DNA from: a virus
Lineage: Duplodnaviria; Caudoviricetes
Virus record (IMG/VR): IMGVR_UViG_3300047380_001405
Span: 1-58,484 of that record
Strand: one strand, 5' to 3'
DNA: 58,484 nucleotides
Made by a program: the position numbers and the translations under genes
In this document: piece by piece, positions 30,407 to 38,829 of the stretch
Layout: every line of letters begins with the position of its first letter
Position numbering within the stretch: position 1 is the stretch's first letter
The notes under the pieces: model-generated
The model's database searches: none
Seen by the model: the letters and a program-made list of their open reading frames with translations, nothing else
Told to the model about the DNA's origin: nothing

Positions 30407-30655
30407 TTAAGCTTTCTTTGAGCCTCCTCTGGCTCTGTTTTTTCTTCTGTGTTCGTACACTAATGTACCATTTTTATGAGAGCAATCCATGTTATCTCCA
30501 TTCCCATAAGTTCCTTTTTTTCTATTAAACTTATTGCATTCAACACGCTTCTTGACTTGCTCACGTTTTTTTTGAAACTTTTTATCGTAAGCGGATTTAA
30601 CAGCCCTTGCTTCAGGGTTGTCTCTGTAGTATCGTGCTGTTTTCCCTAGCGACAT
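30407..30655 (-). CDS. Small basic protein with an HNH-like remnant
   Basis: GD..DCSH..G...NRARGG pattern; Lys/Arg rich. Confidence 0.5.
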   Translation of the reverse strand: MSLGKTARYYRDNPEARAVKSAYDKKFQKKREQVKKRVECNKFNRKKGTYGNGDNMDCSHKNGTLVYEHRRKNRARGGSKKA

Positions 30656-30783
30656 TATCCTCTTTTTTTCATTTTTTTTAAAGCTTTAAAATCGGCAGCT
30701 GTTATTTCGTCTCTTGGATCTGCAATTCTAGCTATCTTCATTTGCGCTTTAGAGTATTTCTTTTTTCCTTTTGGCTTTGGCAT
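30655..30783 (-). CDS. Small basic protein (42 aa)
   Basis: MPKPKGKKKYSKAQMKIARIADPRDEITAADFKALKKMKKRG; translated by hand. Confidence 0.55.
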   Translation of the reverse strand: MPKPKGKKKYSKAQMKIARIADPRDEITAADFKALKKMKKRG

Positions 30784-30784
30784 A

Positions 30785-31024
30785 TTATCTAGTTTTAACT
30801 TTTGCCTTCTTTGTATTTGCTACAAACTGTTTTTTATTACCTGCTGCTTTTTTCTTTCTAGCAGTCTTGGCTCTTTCGGCTTTGGAAAGAGAACGTGCCT
30901 TTGAGAGAGGAAGGCACCTGTCTGGATTCTTCTTATTCTTGCTTGTACCGCACTCACCCTTGATGCTACCATCCGTACCAATTCTGACCCACTTTTGTTC
31001 ACGCCATTTTTTTAATTCACCCAT
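30785..31024 (-). CDS. Small basic protein (DUF5872-like)
   Basis: LKKWREQKWV...RCLP...TARKK pattern. Confidence 0.55.
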   Translation of the reverse strand: MGELKKWREQKWVRIGTDGSIKGECGTSKNKKNPDRCLPLSKARSLSKAERAKTARKKKAAGNKKQFVANTKKAKVKTR

Positions 31025-31197
31025 TATTTTTTCTTCTTCTTCGATCCTTTAGCGTAGTTAGGATCTTTACAATACTTAGATGCAGCCATATTAGCGTAAG
31101 CGCTGGGATAACGGTCAAATGTACGTTTAGCCCAAGAAATCCCAGCTGCACAAATTTTGTTGCCCCTGTTTGCTTTAGTTTTACTTTTTGTTGCCAT
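31024..31197 (-). CDS. Small basic protein (57 aa)
   Basis: KICAAGISWAKRTFDRYPSAYANMAASKYCKDPNY; translated by hand; TAATG coupling. Confidence 0.6.
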   Translation of the reverse strand: MATKSKTKANRGNKICAAGISWAKRTFDRYPSAYANMAASKYCKDPNYAKGSKKKKK

Positions 31198-31354
31198 AAG
31201 GAAATAGATCGTTTAGTGTTTTTTTTCTTTGTTGACATCCACAAGGTTTTTTAAATGCTTTTGATCCAGCCTCTACAATGGATTTTATTCCCGTTGCTTG
31301 AGTAACCGCCTCTATCGTGTCCCCAAGACCTTTATGATTCTTAAGGGGATTCAT
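31181..31354 (-). CDS. Hypothetical protein (GLGDT...CGC family)
   Basis: KGLGDTIEAVTQATGIK...PCGCQQRKKTLN; translated by hand. Confidence 0.6.
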   Translation of the reverse strand: MNPLKNHKGLGDTIEAVTQATGIKSIVEAGSKAFKKPCGCQQRKKTLNDLFPYGNKK

Positions 31355-31521
31355 CAAGCTGTTGTTTTAGGTTCTTTTGTTTTAAAACCAGTTCCAAAGG
31401 GTCCTTCAAAACTTTTTTCTCTTTTTTTACCTGGCTTATTCTTAGCTTCCATGTTTTTTAGAAACTTATCTACTGTTGTGTTTCTAAATACAAATGTACT
31501 GTGATCAATATTATCTGGCAT
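31354..31521 (-). CDS. Hypothetical protein (55 aa)
   Basis: MPDNIDHSTFVFRN...; TGATG coupling to the next gene. Confidence 0.45.
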   Translation of the reverse strand: MPDNIDHSTFVFRNTTVDKFLKNMEAKNKPGKKREKSFEGPFGTGFKTKEPKTTA

Positions 31522-31525
31522 ATCT

Positions 31526-31825
31526 TTAATATTTTCCTTGTTTTGATTTAGGAGATGATTTAGTGGACCCTCCTTTTCCAGCCCATAAGTCTTTACAAGC
31601 CCAATAGCGAGCCGTTAATTTATTTGTGGCACTTGAGCACTTATGACGTGCTTTGAATGATTTACGTGCAGCAGCGCTATAGTTGTGTCCATATCCAGAC
31701 GCACCATAATGGATTATTTTTTCTTGACCCCCTGAGCATCCTTTAACCACTTTTTTCTTTTTTGGATTCGGACTCTTTTTAGGAGAGTTGCACTTCATTT
31801 TAGATTTGTCCACTCTTGCCGCCAT
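31526..31825 (-). CDS. Small basic protein
   Basis: Start MAARVDK at 31825; SFKARHKC....KLTARYW motif common in marine phages. Confidence 0.6.
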   Translation of the reverse strand: MAARVDKSKMKCNSPKKSPNPKKKKVVKGCSGGQEKIIHYGASGYGHNYSAAARKSFKARHKCSSATNKLTARYWACKDLWAGKGGSTKSSPKSKQGKY

Positions 31826-31843
31826 ACAAATAAATATATACCG

Positions 31844-31877
31844 CAAAGATAGTTAAAAAAATAAACTTGTATATTTG
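31844..31877. promoter_or_regulatory. Divergent pair of Bacteroidota-type -7 promoter boxes
   Basis: TATCTTTG on minus (31844-31851) and TATATTTG on plus (31870-31877). The same TAnnTTTG box also precedes gene starts at 2081, 3692, 9498, 12950, 25707, 34971, 36077 (minus) and 49206 (plus). Confidence 0.7.
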
Positions 31878-31899
31878 CTCATCACACACAATATAATAT

Positions 31900-32391
31900 A
31901 TGCACAAGAGTTTTTATGTAACTAAAAAACAAAAAAAAACACCAACTTATCAAGCCCGACCAAGAGAGTATAACTTCCTTAAATATTGGAGGGTTGTTAA
32001 ATACTATATAAAAACAAAATACGAGATATCTGAACCAGAAATTGAAATGCTTTTATTCCTATACGACGAAAGCGTTTTTTCAAAAAAATCTTTTAATCAA
32101 TTTTCCAAAACAATGAGTTGGGATAAAAATAGATTTAAGAAAATGATGGACGATGGTTATATAAAAATATGGAGAGAAAGAAGAGAAACGCAAAGATCAT
32201 CTCTTTATGAGCTTACAATAAAATCTAAGCGCATATGCAATCATTTATATAAGAAGCTGATGCAAGAAGAGGTAATCTCGGAAGACCCCTACAGGAATGA
32301 AATATTCAAGGGGAGATCTTATATGGATAAGATATATAAGGATGTAATTAAAAAAATGAATTCTAGTACTCAATCTCGTAACGATTTATAG
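31900..32391 (+). CDS. Winged-helix (MarR-like) DNA-binding protein
   Basis: ISEPEIEMLLFLY...DDGYIKIWR...LYELTIKSKR pattern. Confidence 0.55.
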   Translation: MHKSFYVTKKQKKTPTYQARPREYNFLKYWRVVKYYIKTKYEISEPEIEMLLFLYDESVFSKKSFNQFSKTMSWDKNRFKKMMDDGYIKIWRERRETQRSSLYELTIKSKRICNHLYKKLMQEEVISEDPYRNEIFKGRSYMDKIYKDVIKKMNSSTQSRNDL

Positions 32392-33103
32392 CTTCTTTAA
32401 TTATGGAATAATCTCTAATGTTTGTTAAACTTTTAAGTTCTTGCATTTTAACTTTGTTTCCAGAGTCAGACAAGAGGTCTATCCATTCAATGGCATTAGA
32501 TATCGCCTTCTCTCTTTTTATCTTTTTATTTATCACTTCAATACTTGATTTAATTTTTTGGTTCATAATCCTACTCACCGTTCTGCGACTACACATTAAT
32601 TCAGTAGCAAGCGTTTCTTGAGTCACAACTATCTGTGCTCTAGATAGTTTCTCTACACAAATCAATAAATCTGCTGAAGTATAGCTCATGCCCCTTTTTA
32701 TCATGTGAGCGGTAACAGCCATTTTTTCTTCAAAAGAAATTATTATCTCTGGGTTAAAAACAACCCTTCTCATTCTTCTACAGTATGGATTCTCTTTATT
32801 GAAATAGACCTCTTTTGTCATCTGATCTACACGTGCTTTAGAGTAGCTTCTGATTGTTTTTCCACTTTCTCTATTACCTATCCACCGAAAATATCCTTGA
32901 AAAATACTGTATTTTATGTCGGGGTTCAGAAAAAAAAACACCTCAGCATAATACTGAAGTTGCTGAAACGAAAGTACTCTGTGATTGATAGAGTGTAAGT
33001 CAAAATGATCTACTGGTTCATTGTACCAAACAAAATCAAAACCTCTAAAATCGTGCTTCGTTTGAAGCTCTATGTTTTCGTCTTCTATTTCAAATAATCT
33101 CAC
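32363..33103 (-). CDS. Hypothetical protein with an HTH motif
   Basis: VTQETLATELMCSRRTVSR HTH-like segment. Confidence 0.5.
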   Translation of the reverse strand: MRLFEIEDENIELQTKHDFRGFDFVWYNEPVDHFDLHSINHRVLSFQQLQYYAEVFFFLNPDIKYSIFQGYFRWIGNRESGKTIRSYSKARVDQMTKEVYFNKENPYCRRMRRVVFNPEIIISFEEKMAVTAHMIKRGMSYTSADLLICVEKLSRAQIVVTQETLATELMCSRRTVSRIMNQKIKSSIEVINKKIKREKAISNAIEWIDLLSDSGNKVKMQELKSLTNIRDYSIIKEAINRYEIEY

Positions 33104-33357
33104 AGAACTACAACTATCTGTCTATCAGGTATAACCGTAAGTTTTTCTCCGTTAATTCTTATGTCAGAGCCAGCAGCAGAGTCATAATAAATTTTATCGC
33201 CCTCAGACAAACCCTTAACATTTTCACCAGCTGAAACAACCTCAGCTAATTTATACCGTATAGCTTTGTCAGAAAATTCTGTTATTATAAAACCCCCCTT
33301 ACTTTTAACCTCTTCATTTTCTTTTCTAACAACCACAAATGATCCTATTGCTTTCAT
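33100..33357 (-). CDS. groES: Co-chaperonin GroES
   Basis: KSKGGFII mobile loop, VVSAGENV...EGDKIYY; adjacent to groEL. Confidence 0.8.
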   Translation of the reverse strand: MKAIGSFVVVRKENEEVKSKGGFIITEFSDKAIRYKLAEVVSAGENVKGLSEGDKIYYDSAAGSDIRINGEKLTVIPDRQIVVVL

Positions 33358-34943
33358 GCTCTTTTATTTGATATAGTACAGTTTGTAGTTAAAATTGTTA
33401 TCGAAACCGATATTGCGTTTTGCAGTGCGTTCTTAGTTACCTTGAATGGATCTATAATCCCCATAGAAAACATGTTCCCAAACTTCTTTCTTTTCACATC
33501 AAACCCGTAGTTTCTTCTTCTTACGGTATCTATTTTCTCTACAAATGAATCGTAACTCATTGAAGCGTTTTCTAGTATGTGCTTTATAGGGGAGATTAAT
33601 GCTGCTGATAAAATAGAACAAGCAGCTTTCATTTCATCGTCACTTTCTTTAAAGTATCTGTTATGCATTTCCATAGCTGCATTATACAATGCCACTCCTC
33701 CTCCTGCAACAATTCCTTCTTCAAGAGCAGCACGTGTCGCAAATATAGCATCCTCAACTCTATCCTTCTTCTCTTTCATTTCTACCTCAGTTAGCGCTCC
33801 TACATGTATAGCAGCAATCCCCCCCGAAAGCCTAGAAAGACGATCCTTATAATGCCACTCATTTGAAGAATCATCTTTTTTCTTTAAAATATTTCTAACC
33901 ATCTCAGCTCTTTCTTTAACAGCGTCAGCTGTTTTTTCAGAATTTAAAGTGAGTACAGTTTCTTTTTCTGTTGATACAGTCTTTTTTGCAGTTCCTAAGA
34001 AGCTTTCATCTACAGCAGAAAAGTCATTACCAGTCTCATCAGAAACAACAATAGCCCCCGTCATAATAGCTAGGTCTTCTAAAAGCTCAAATCTATTTAA
34101 CCCGACACCCTCTGGGTTTATGACATTAACCTTGATGACCCCTCTTGTCTTGTTCACATTAAGAAGCTGCATTACATTGTCTTCTATTTCAGAAACAATA
34201 AGTATTGGTTTTTTGTTTTGCATTGCAAACTGACAGCACGGTTCTATATCCTCCCAAGTGTTTATTTTTTTATCTGATATTAAAATAAAAGGATCTTCAA
34301 GAATAGCTTGTTTCTTCTCCACATCTGTAATCATGTATGGACTATGAAATCCTCTTTTAATTCTTGTGCCCTCTAATATTTCTGTGTGTGTATCTTTTGT
34401 CATTGACTCTTCTATAGTCACCACACCCTCTACGCCAACTTTAAGATACGCATCAGCTATAATTTCTCCAAGCTCAGAGTCGTTGTTTGCTGAAATGGTT
34501 GCTACGCTTTTTAAATTTTTTTCTGTAACCTCTCTAGACCTTTTCTTAATCTCTTCAATAACGTCATTCGATAAGGACTCTAGAGAGTTTCTAAGTTTTG
34601 TTACGTTTACGTTTTTTGACTCTATGTATTCAAATGAACGATTGACTAATTCTTGAGTTAGAACGATTGAAGTTGTTGTTCCGTCTCCTGCTTCATCAGC
34701 TGTCTTAATAGACGCTTGCTTTACTACTGTAGCTCCTAAGTGCTCTACGGGGTCTGACAAGTTTATACTCTTGGCAACTGTAACACCATCCTTAGTAACG
34801 TGGGGTCTACCTATTTCATCCTCTAAAATAACTGTATTACCTGCTGCTCCTAGTGTTTGTTTCACAGCATCTGCTAAAGTATCTATTCCTTTTTTTAGGC
34901 TGTGTCTAGCATCTTCATTGAAGTCAATGTTTTTTTCTATCAT
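33354..34943 (-). CDS. groEL: Chaperonin GroEL
   Basis: VTKDGVTVAK, AGDGTTT, ATISANND, KDRVEDA..ATRAALEEGIVAGGG, GIIDP.KV. Confidence 0.95.
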   Translation of the reverse strand: MIEKNIDFNEDARHSLKKGIDTLADAVKQTLGAAGNTVILEDEIGRPHVTKDGVTVAKSINLSDPVEHLGATVVKQASIKTADEAGDGTTTSIVLTQELVNRSFEYIESKNVNVTKLRNSLESLSNDVIEEIKKRSREVTEKNLKSVATISANNDSELGEIIADAYLKVGVEGVVTIEESMTKDTHTEILEGTRIKRGFHSPYMITDVEKKQAILEDPFILISDKKINTWEDIEPCCQFAMQNKKPILIVSEIEDNVMQLLNVNKTRGVIKVNVINPEGVGLNRFELLEDLAIMTGAIVVSDETGNDFSAVDESFLGTAKKTVSTEKETVLTLNSEKTADAVKERAEMVRNILKKKDDSSNEWHYKDRLSRLSGGIAAIHVGALTEVEMKEKKDRVEDAIFATRAALEEGIVAGGGVALYNAAMEMHNRYFKESDDEMKAACSILSAALISPIKHILENASMSYDSFVEKIDTVRRRNYGFDVKRKKFGNMFSMGIIDPFKVTKNALQNAISVSITILTTNCTISNKRA

Positions 34944-34987
34944 TTGTAAATTAAATTTAATTTATATCTACAAATATAGAACATTTT

Positions 34988-35908
34988 TTACTCATAAATG
35001 GCAGATGTGCAAGATTTACATATAGAATTCCATGCTTTTTGTAAAACTTCTTGGTGTTTTTGATTCATCCACACCTCTTTTAGTGAAAAATCTTTAAGAT
35101 TTGCAAATTTATGCTCCATGTGATAATCGTTGCAGCACAAGAAAAGCTCAGAGTTTGCGTTAATATGAAGCCACTCAGTATCTCTTTTACCCATACACCC
35201 AACTACTTTCTTGTCAGGATGAACAAACGCAGAGGAACTTATATATTCGTCAATCAATCCAACTCGATCTATAAGATGAGGTTGTTTGAATACGTTTGCA
35301 TTTGGAAACATTGACTTAGCTACCGCTACTTGTTCGTCTAGTTCTGTATCTGATATATCTGGAAACTTGGGTCCCTTGATCGCACCAGATTCTCTATCGT
35401 GTCCATTTATTTGAACTGAAAGTAGGTTTTTGTTTTTAAGGTTTGTGTAGGCATATGAAACATTTATTTTTAACTTTTGAAATAAGTTAGATTTCATGTT
35501 TGTTCTTTTAGCGAACAATTCAGCATCTGACCACACAGGGGCATTAACACAAACTCCCCAAACCACATCTTGGTATTTGTTTATTATATCTACTTTATCT
35601 GGTGTGAGAGGCGTTCCGTTGGTCAAAACCATCATGCCAAGCTTAAACTCTCTCAGAGTCTCTAGCATTTCCTCAAAATACCTATACAATAAAGCTTCGT
35701 TGTAATGAGAGCTATATATTCCATTAAACTCTGGAGAAACAATATCACCTTTGTTTTCATGGATTTGCTGAATTATATTTCTAAAGTCCTCTGGGGACAT
35801 TTGATTTATAGACTCCTTTGGATTACCCTCGTATGCTACTGGACAAAACCAACACCCAGCGTTACATAATCCATTAGGGTCTATCTGAGCATACCTAATT
35901 TTTGTCAA
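34988..35908 (-). CDS. Radical SAM protein with SPASM/twitch domain
   Basis: CNAGCWFC (CxxxCxxC), LTNG, C-terminal LCC.D...CKSC; TTG start overlaps the upstream stop (TTGA). Confidence 0.85.
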   Translation of the reverse strand: MTKIRYAQIDPNGLCNAGCWFCPVAYEGNPKESINQMSPEDFRNIIQQIHENKGDIVSPEFNGIYSSHYNEALLYRYFEEMLETLREFKLGMMVLTNGTPLTPDKVDIINKYQDVVWGVCVNAPVWSDAELFAKRTNMKSNLFQKLKINVSYAYTNLKNKNLLSVQINGHDRESGAIKGPKFPDISDTELDEQVAVAKSMFPNANVFKQPHLIDRVGLIDEYISSSAFVHPDKKVVGCMGKRDTEWLHINANSELFLCCNDYHMEHKFANLKDFSLKEVWMNQKHQEVLQKAWNSICKSCTSAIYE

Positions 35909-36072
35909 ACCTCTAGATTTTTAATTTTTTCTCCGTTATTTCTCCATCTGTAAGACACAGCAAAGAATAACAAATATAAATTAAACTCATTGAATTGAAG
36001 ATCTTCTGTTTCTTCAAAATACTCAAATCCCGTCATTAAGGCGTTTGGAAATATAAATGTAAATAATAACAT
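35905..36072 (-). CDS. Hypothetical protein (55 aa)
   Basis: MLLFTFIFPNALMTGFEYFEE...; preceded by TACCTTTG promoter box. Confidence 0.5.
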   Translation of the reverse strand: MLLFTFIFPNALMTGFEYFEETEDLQFNEFNLYLLFFAVSYRWRNNGEKIKNLEV

Positions 36073-36208
36073 GAATCAAAGGTAAAAAAGAAAAGGGAGC
36101 CTATAACCTAAATAAGATTTATAAAACTCCCGATCTCTCCATTGAAATAAACAAAAACAAACTCTAATGAGAAAAAACAAATGTACTTAAAAAAAACTAT
36201 ATTGCATA

Positions 36209-36703
36209 ATGGAATTGTCAAAAGAACGAATAGAATATTCTCAGAGATACGGAAATAATGCTGAAAGCATTTTTAGAAAGTTTATAGAGTCTAGAGGTCA
36301 CCAAGTAATTGATACGTCTGAATATGAAAACAAGATTGACAAGAAGGATTTCTACGTTGATATAAGTGGTAAACTATTTTCTTTTGATGTAAAAACAAAA
36401 CACTCTGAATCTATTTGGCTTGAGATTAAAAACATTCATAAGTATCCTGGATCACTATATGGGAAACAAACTCACTTTGCTTATTACTACCACAACTTAA
36501 ACATCCTTGCCATAGTTAAAAGAACTGACATGGTTGAATACGTTAAAGAGAACACAATAAAAGAATTCTACAAGGCATCAAAAGGAATACACGTTCCTTA
36601 CCACTACCTCTACAACAGAAAAGGACGTAAAGACATTCTCGTTAAAACCAAAAGAGAATTCCTTATGCTATCCGTTCCCTCCTACAGAGAATATACCTTA
36701 TAA
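36209..36703 (+). CDS. PD-(D/E)XK-family nuclease
   Basis: G..AE..F, DFYV...FDVKT, IWLE motifs. Confidence 0.6.
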   Translation: MELSKERIEYSQRYGNNAESIFRKFIESRGHQVIDTSEYENKIDKKDFYVDISGKLFSFDVKTKHSESIWLEIKNIHKYPGSLYGKQTHFAYYYHNLNILAIVKRTDMVEYVKENTIKEFYKASKGIHVPYHYLYNRKGRKDILVKTKREFLMLSVPSYREYTL

Positions 36704-37706
36704 AAAAACTATACCGCAAATAGCGCTAATTAAAAAAGGGGAGTTTAGGGGGAGAGAGTGTGTTAGACCTCTATAAAAAGATGGCATGAATTTGTGCCAA
36801 ATAACTGCATACATTATAATAGAACGTTAATTGTCTCAAAAGTATGCCACGTTTATATTTAGTGATCAGATATATTGAGGTTCTAGGTTATATATACAAT
36901 ACACGCACGGCAGCCCGTACAAAAACTGACTTTCTCTGACCCACCGCCCCTATTTTTTTATATTATTGTCACCAAATTTTCACCTTTTTGTCCTATATAT
37001 ATACATAAAAGCTAATTTCTACTACCTATAGATGGTTAATCAACAGGTTTTAAGATATTCTGAGATACTGAGAGACCTAGAATAACCCCTACACATTACA
37101 ATCTTTTCCTTAACGTATTGCCCATGTTATTGCATTATTCGTAATCAGCTAACTGGAGGAACTGGATAAAACTTAACACACTATATATCAATAGATTAAG
37201 AAATGCTGAACTGGAGGAAAAAATACAAAACCTATCATTTTCGGTTATATCCATTCGTGTAAATTATATTATTCTCAGTAAATCGATTAAATCGTTATGA
37301 ATATCTCATGAGAATATCGTAATGATTCTGTTAAAAAACTGAGAATCTTTCAACAAAAACAATTTAAGAAAACTTTAACATTGTACATACAAATGTCTGT
37401 TAGGTATTATAAACATTGACGTTAGAAAAATCAATGGTTAAAAATCAGAGCAATCTTAATTTAGATAGCTTTGTTTATTCAGATTCTTTATATAAGATTT
37501 GTGAATCGATTTGGACGGATGCCAATCTGTAGATTACTAATCGAGGGTGCAGAGAAACACTCAGAGATATCAGACCTAGCGGAACGGGAAGCTCGAAATT
37601 CTTACAACAATTGCCAAGATAGGCATGATGGTCGAGCGCCTGCTCCCAATGTTGAATACATCCTCCTCCAGATGGAGATAGGGACTGCGGCTAAGAGCCG
37701 TCAATA

Positions 37707-37847
37707 TTAAGATTAAGTAAGTATATCTGATGATGCTGGAGAGAGACAAAACTCCTAGACTCCTTTCGTAGAGGGGAACCTGTAATGGTCGAAACGTAAA
37801 CGGTATGCGGGCTACGAAAACCCGCTTACGTCATATACTAATCTTAA
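37707..37847 (+). ncRNA. Type I hammerhead ribozyme with an expanded stem II domain
   Basis: Stem I arm UUAAGAUU-(AAGUA)-AGUAUAU 37707-37726; core CUGAUGA 37727-37733; GAAA 37791-37794; stem III CGUAA/UUACG; GUC site with cut after 37832; 3' stem I arm AUAUACUAAUCUUAA 37833-37847. Confidence 0.85.
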
Positions 37848-37858
37848 AATTAATTACA

Positions 37859-38203
37859 ATGAACTTAAATAGCTTAAACAACAGAAAGCCTAATCTAAGA
37901 ACCTATACTGGTTATCTTGAAACAATTCAGAAACATATGAATCCAACGAAAGAGTACACTCACAGAAGTTTTGAAAGACACGAAATTTTTGAACAGGATG
38001 ATAGAACGTTGGTATTAAATATGATTCAATCAACCTATGGAACTGGAGATTGTGATTCTGAAATAACAAACATGCTGTTTGGACTGTTTGATGGTTACTG
38101 GTATGACAGACTTATGACTGATTTGCATGAGTCAAAAATATTCAAACCAAGTACACTAATTGAACTTTCTGAAATACTAGATAGAATAGAAGATTCCATT
38201 TAA
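37859..38203 (+). CDS. Early hypothetical protein
   Basis: Start reassigned to ATG 37859 (MNLNSLNN) by analogy with the other repeat units. Confidence 0.65.
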   Translation: MNLNSLNNRKPNLRTYTGYLETIQKHMNPTKEYTHRSFERHEIFEQDDRTLVLNMIQSTYGTGDCDSEITNMLFGLFDGYWYDRLMTDLHESKIFKPSTLIELSEILDRIEDSI

Positions 38204-38262
38204 TTATGGTCGGAGGGAGCAATCCCTCCAACGTCATATACTAATCTTAAATAATAATTAAA

Positions 38263-38457
38263 ATGGCACAATCAAGATTCACATCAATATTAAACAAAGC
38301 TAGAATTCTTCAAACAATTCATGCAAGTTGGTCACTACAGAAATGTGTTCAGCACCTAGAAAACAAAGGCGTTATAATACTTTCAGAATTTGAAAAAGGT
38401 ATGTTTTATACCCATGACGAAGAAACCTTAATTGGATTCGGTAAGTTATTTAATTAA
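38263..38457 (+). CDS. Early hypothetical protein
   Basis: 64-aa ORF filling repeat unit 2. Confidence 0.6.
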   Translation: MAQSRFTSILNKARILQTIHASWSLQKCVQHLENKGVIILSEFEKGMFYTHDEETLIGFGKLFN

Positions 38458-38514
38458 TTAAAATGGGGAGTTATCGCTCCCCTACGTCATATACTAATCT
38501 TAAAATTAATTACA

Positions 38515-38763
38515 ATGACACTCAAAAAGTTTTATTTAAAAAACTACCCAACAGATGATATGGGTACTGAAATTAATAGTAAATCTACTTTTCAAGGATT
38601 AATGAATACACTCGTTCAAAAAAATGATGTTTATGATTATATCGGTGTAGGAGATTCTATTGTTAGAGAAAGATTGTTTCAAGGATTATCAAAAGAACAA
38701 GTATCAGTTACTGCTGATAGCGATGTTTTTCTTGATATTATATACCATCTTTGGACATCCTAA
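38515..38763 (+). CDS. Early hypothetical protein
   Basis: YPTDDMG...DVYDYIGVGDSIVRERLF; unit 3. Confidence 0.65.
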   Translation: MTLKKFYLKNYPTDDMGTEINSKSTFQGLMNTLVQKNDVYDYIGVGDSIVRERLFQGLSKEQVSVTADSDVFLDIIYHLWTS

Positions 38764-38829
38764 ATTCAAAAGTATAGGGGTAGAAATGCCCCTACGTCAT
38801 ATACTAATCTTAATTTAAATATAAATATT

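Noticed and set aside
37471-37710. 79-aa ORF with TTG start
   Set aside because: The start lies in a promoter-like element, composition is atypical, and it overlaps extensive predicted RNA structure and the ribozyme arm.
37698-37714. CCGUC-AAUAUU as an extra cleavage site
   Set aside because: It has a GUC after a hairpin, but flanks pair poorly with the enzyme arms and overlap the enzyme strand itself.
37805-37858. Longer N-termini given for ORFs 37805 and 41159
   Set aside because: They run through the hairpin and repeat; ATGs at 37859 and 41243 match the spacing of the other units.
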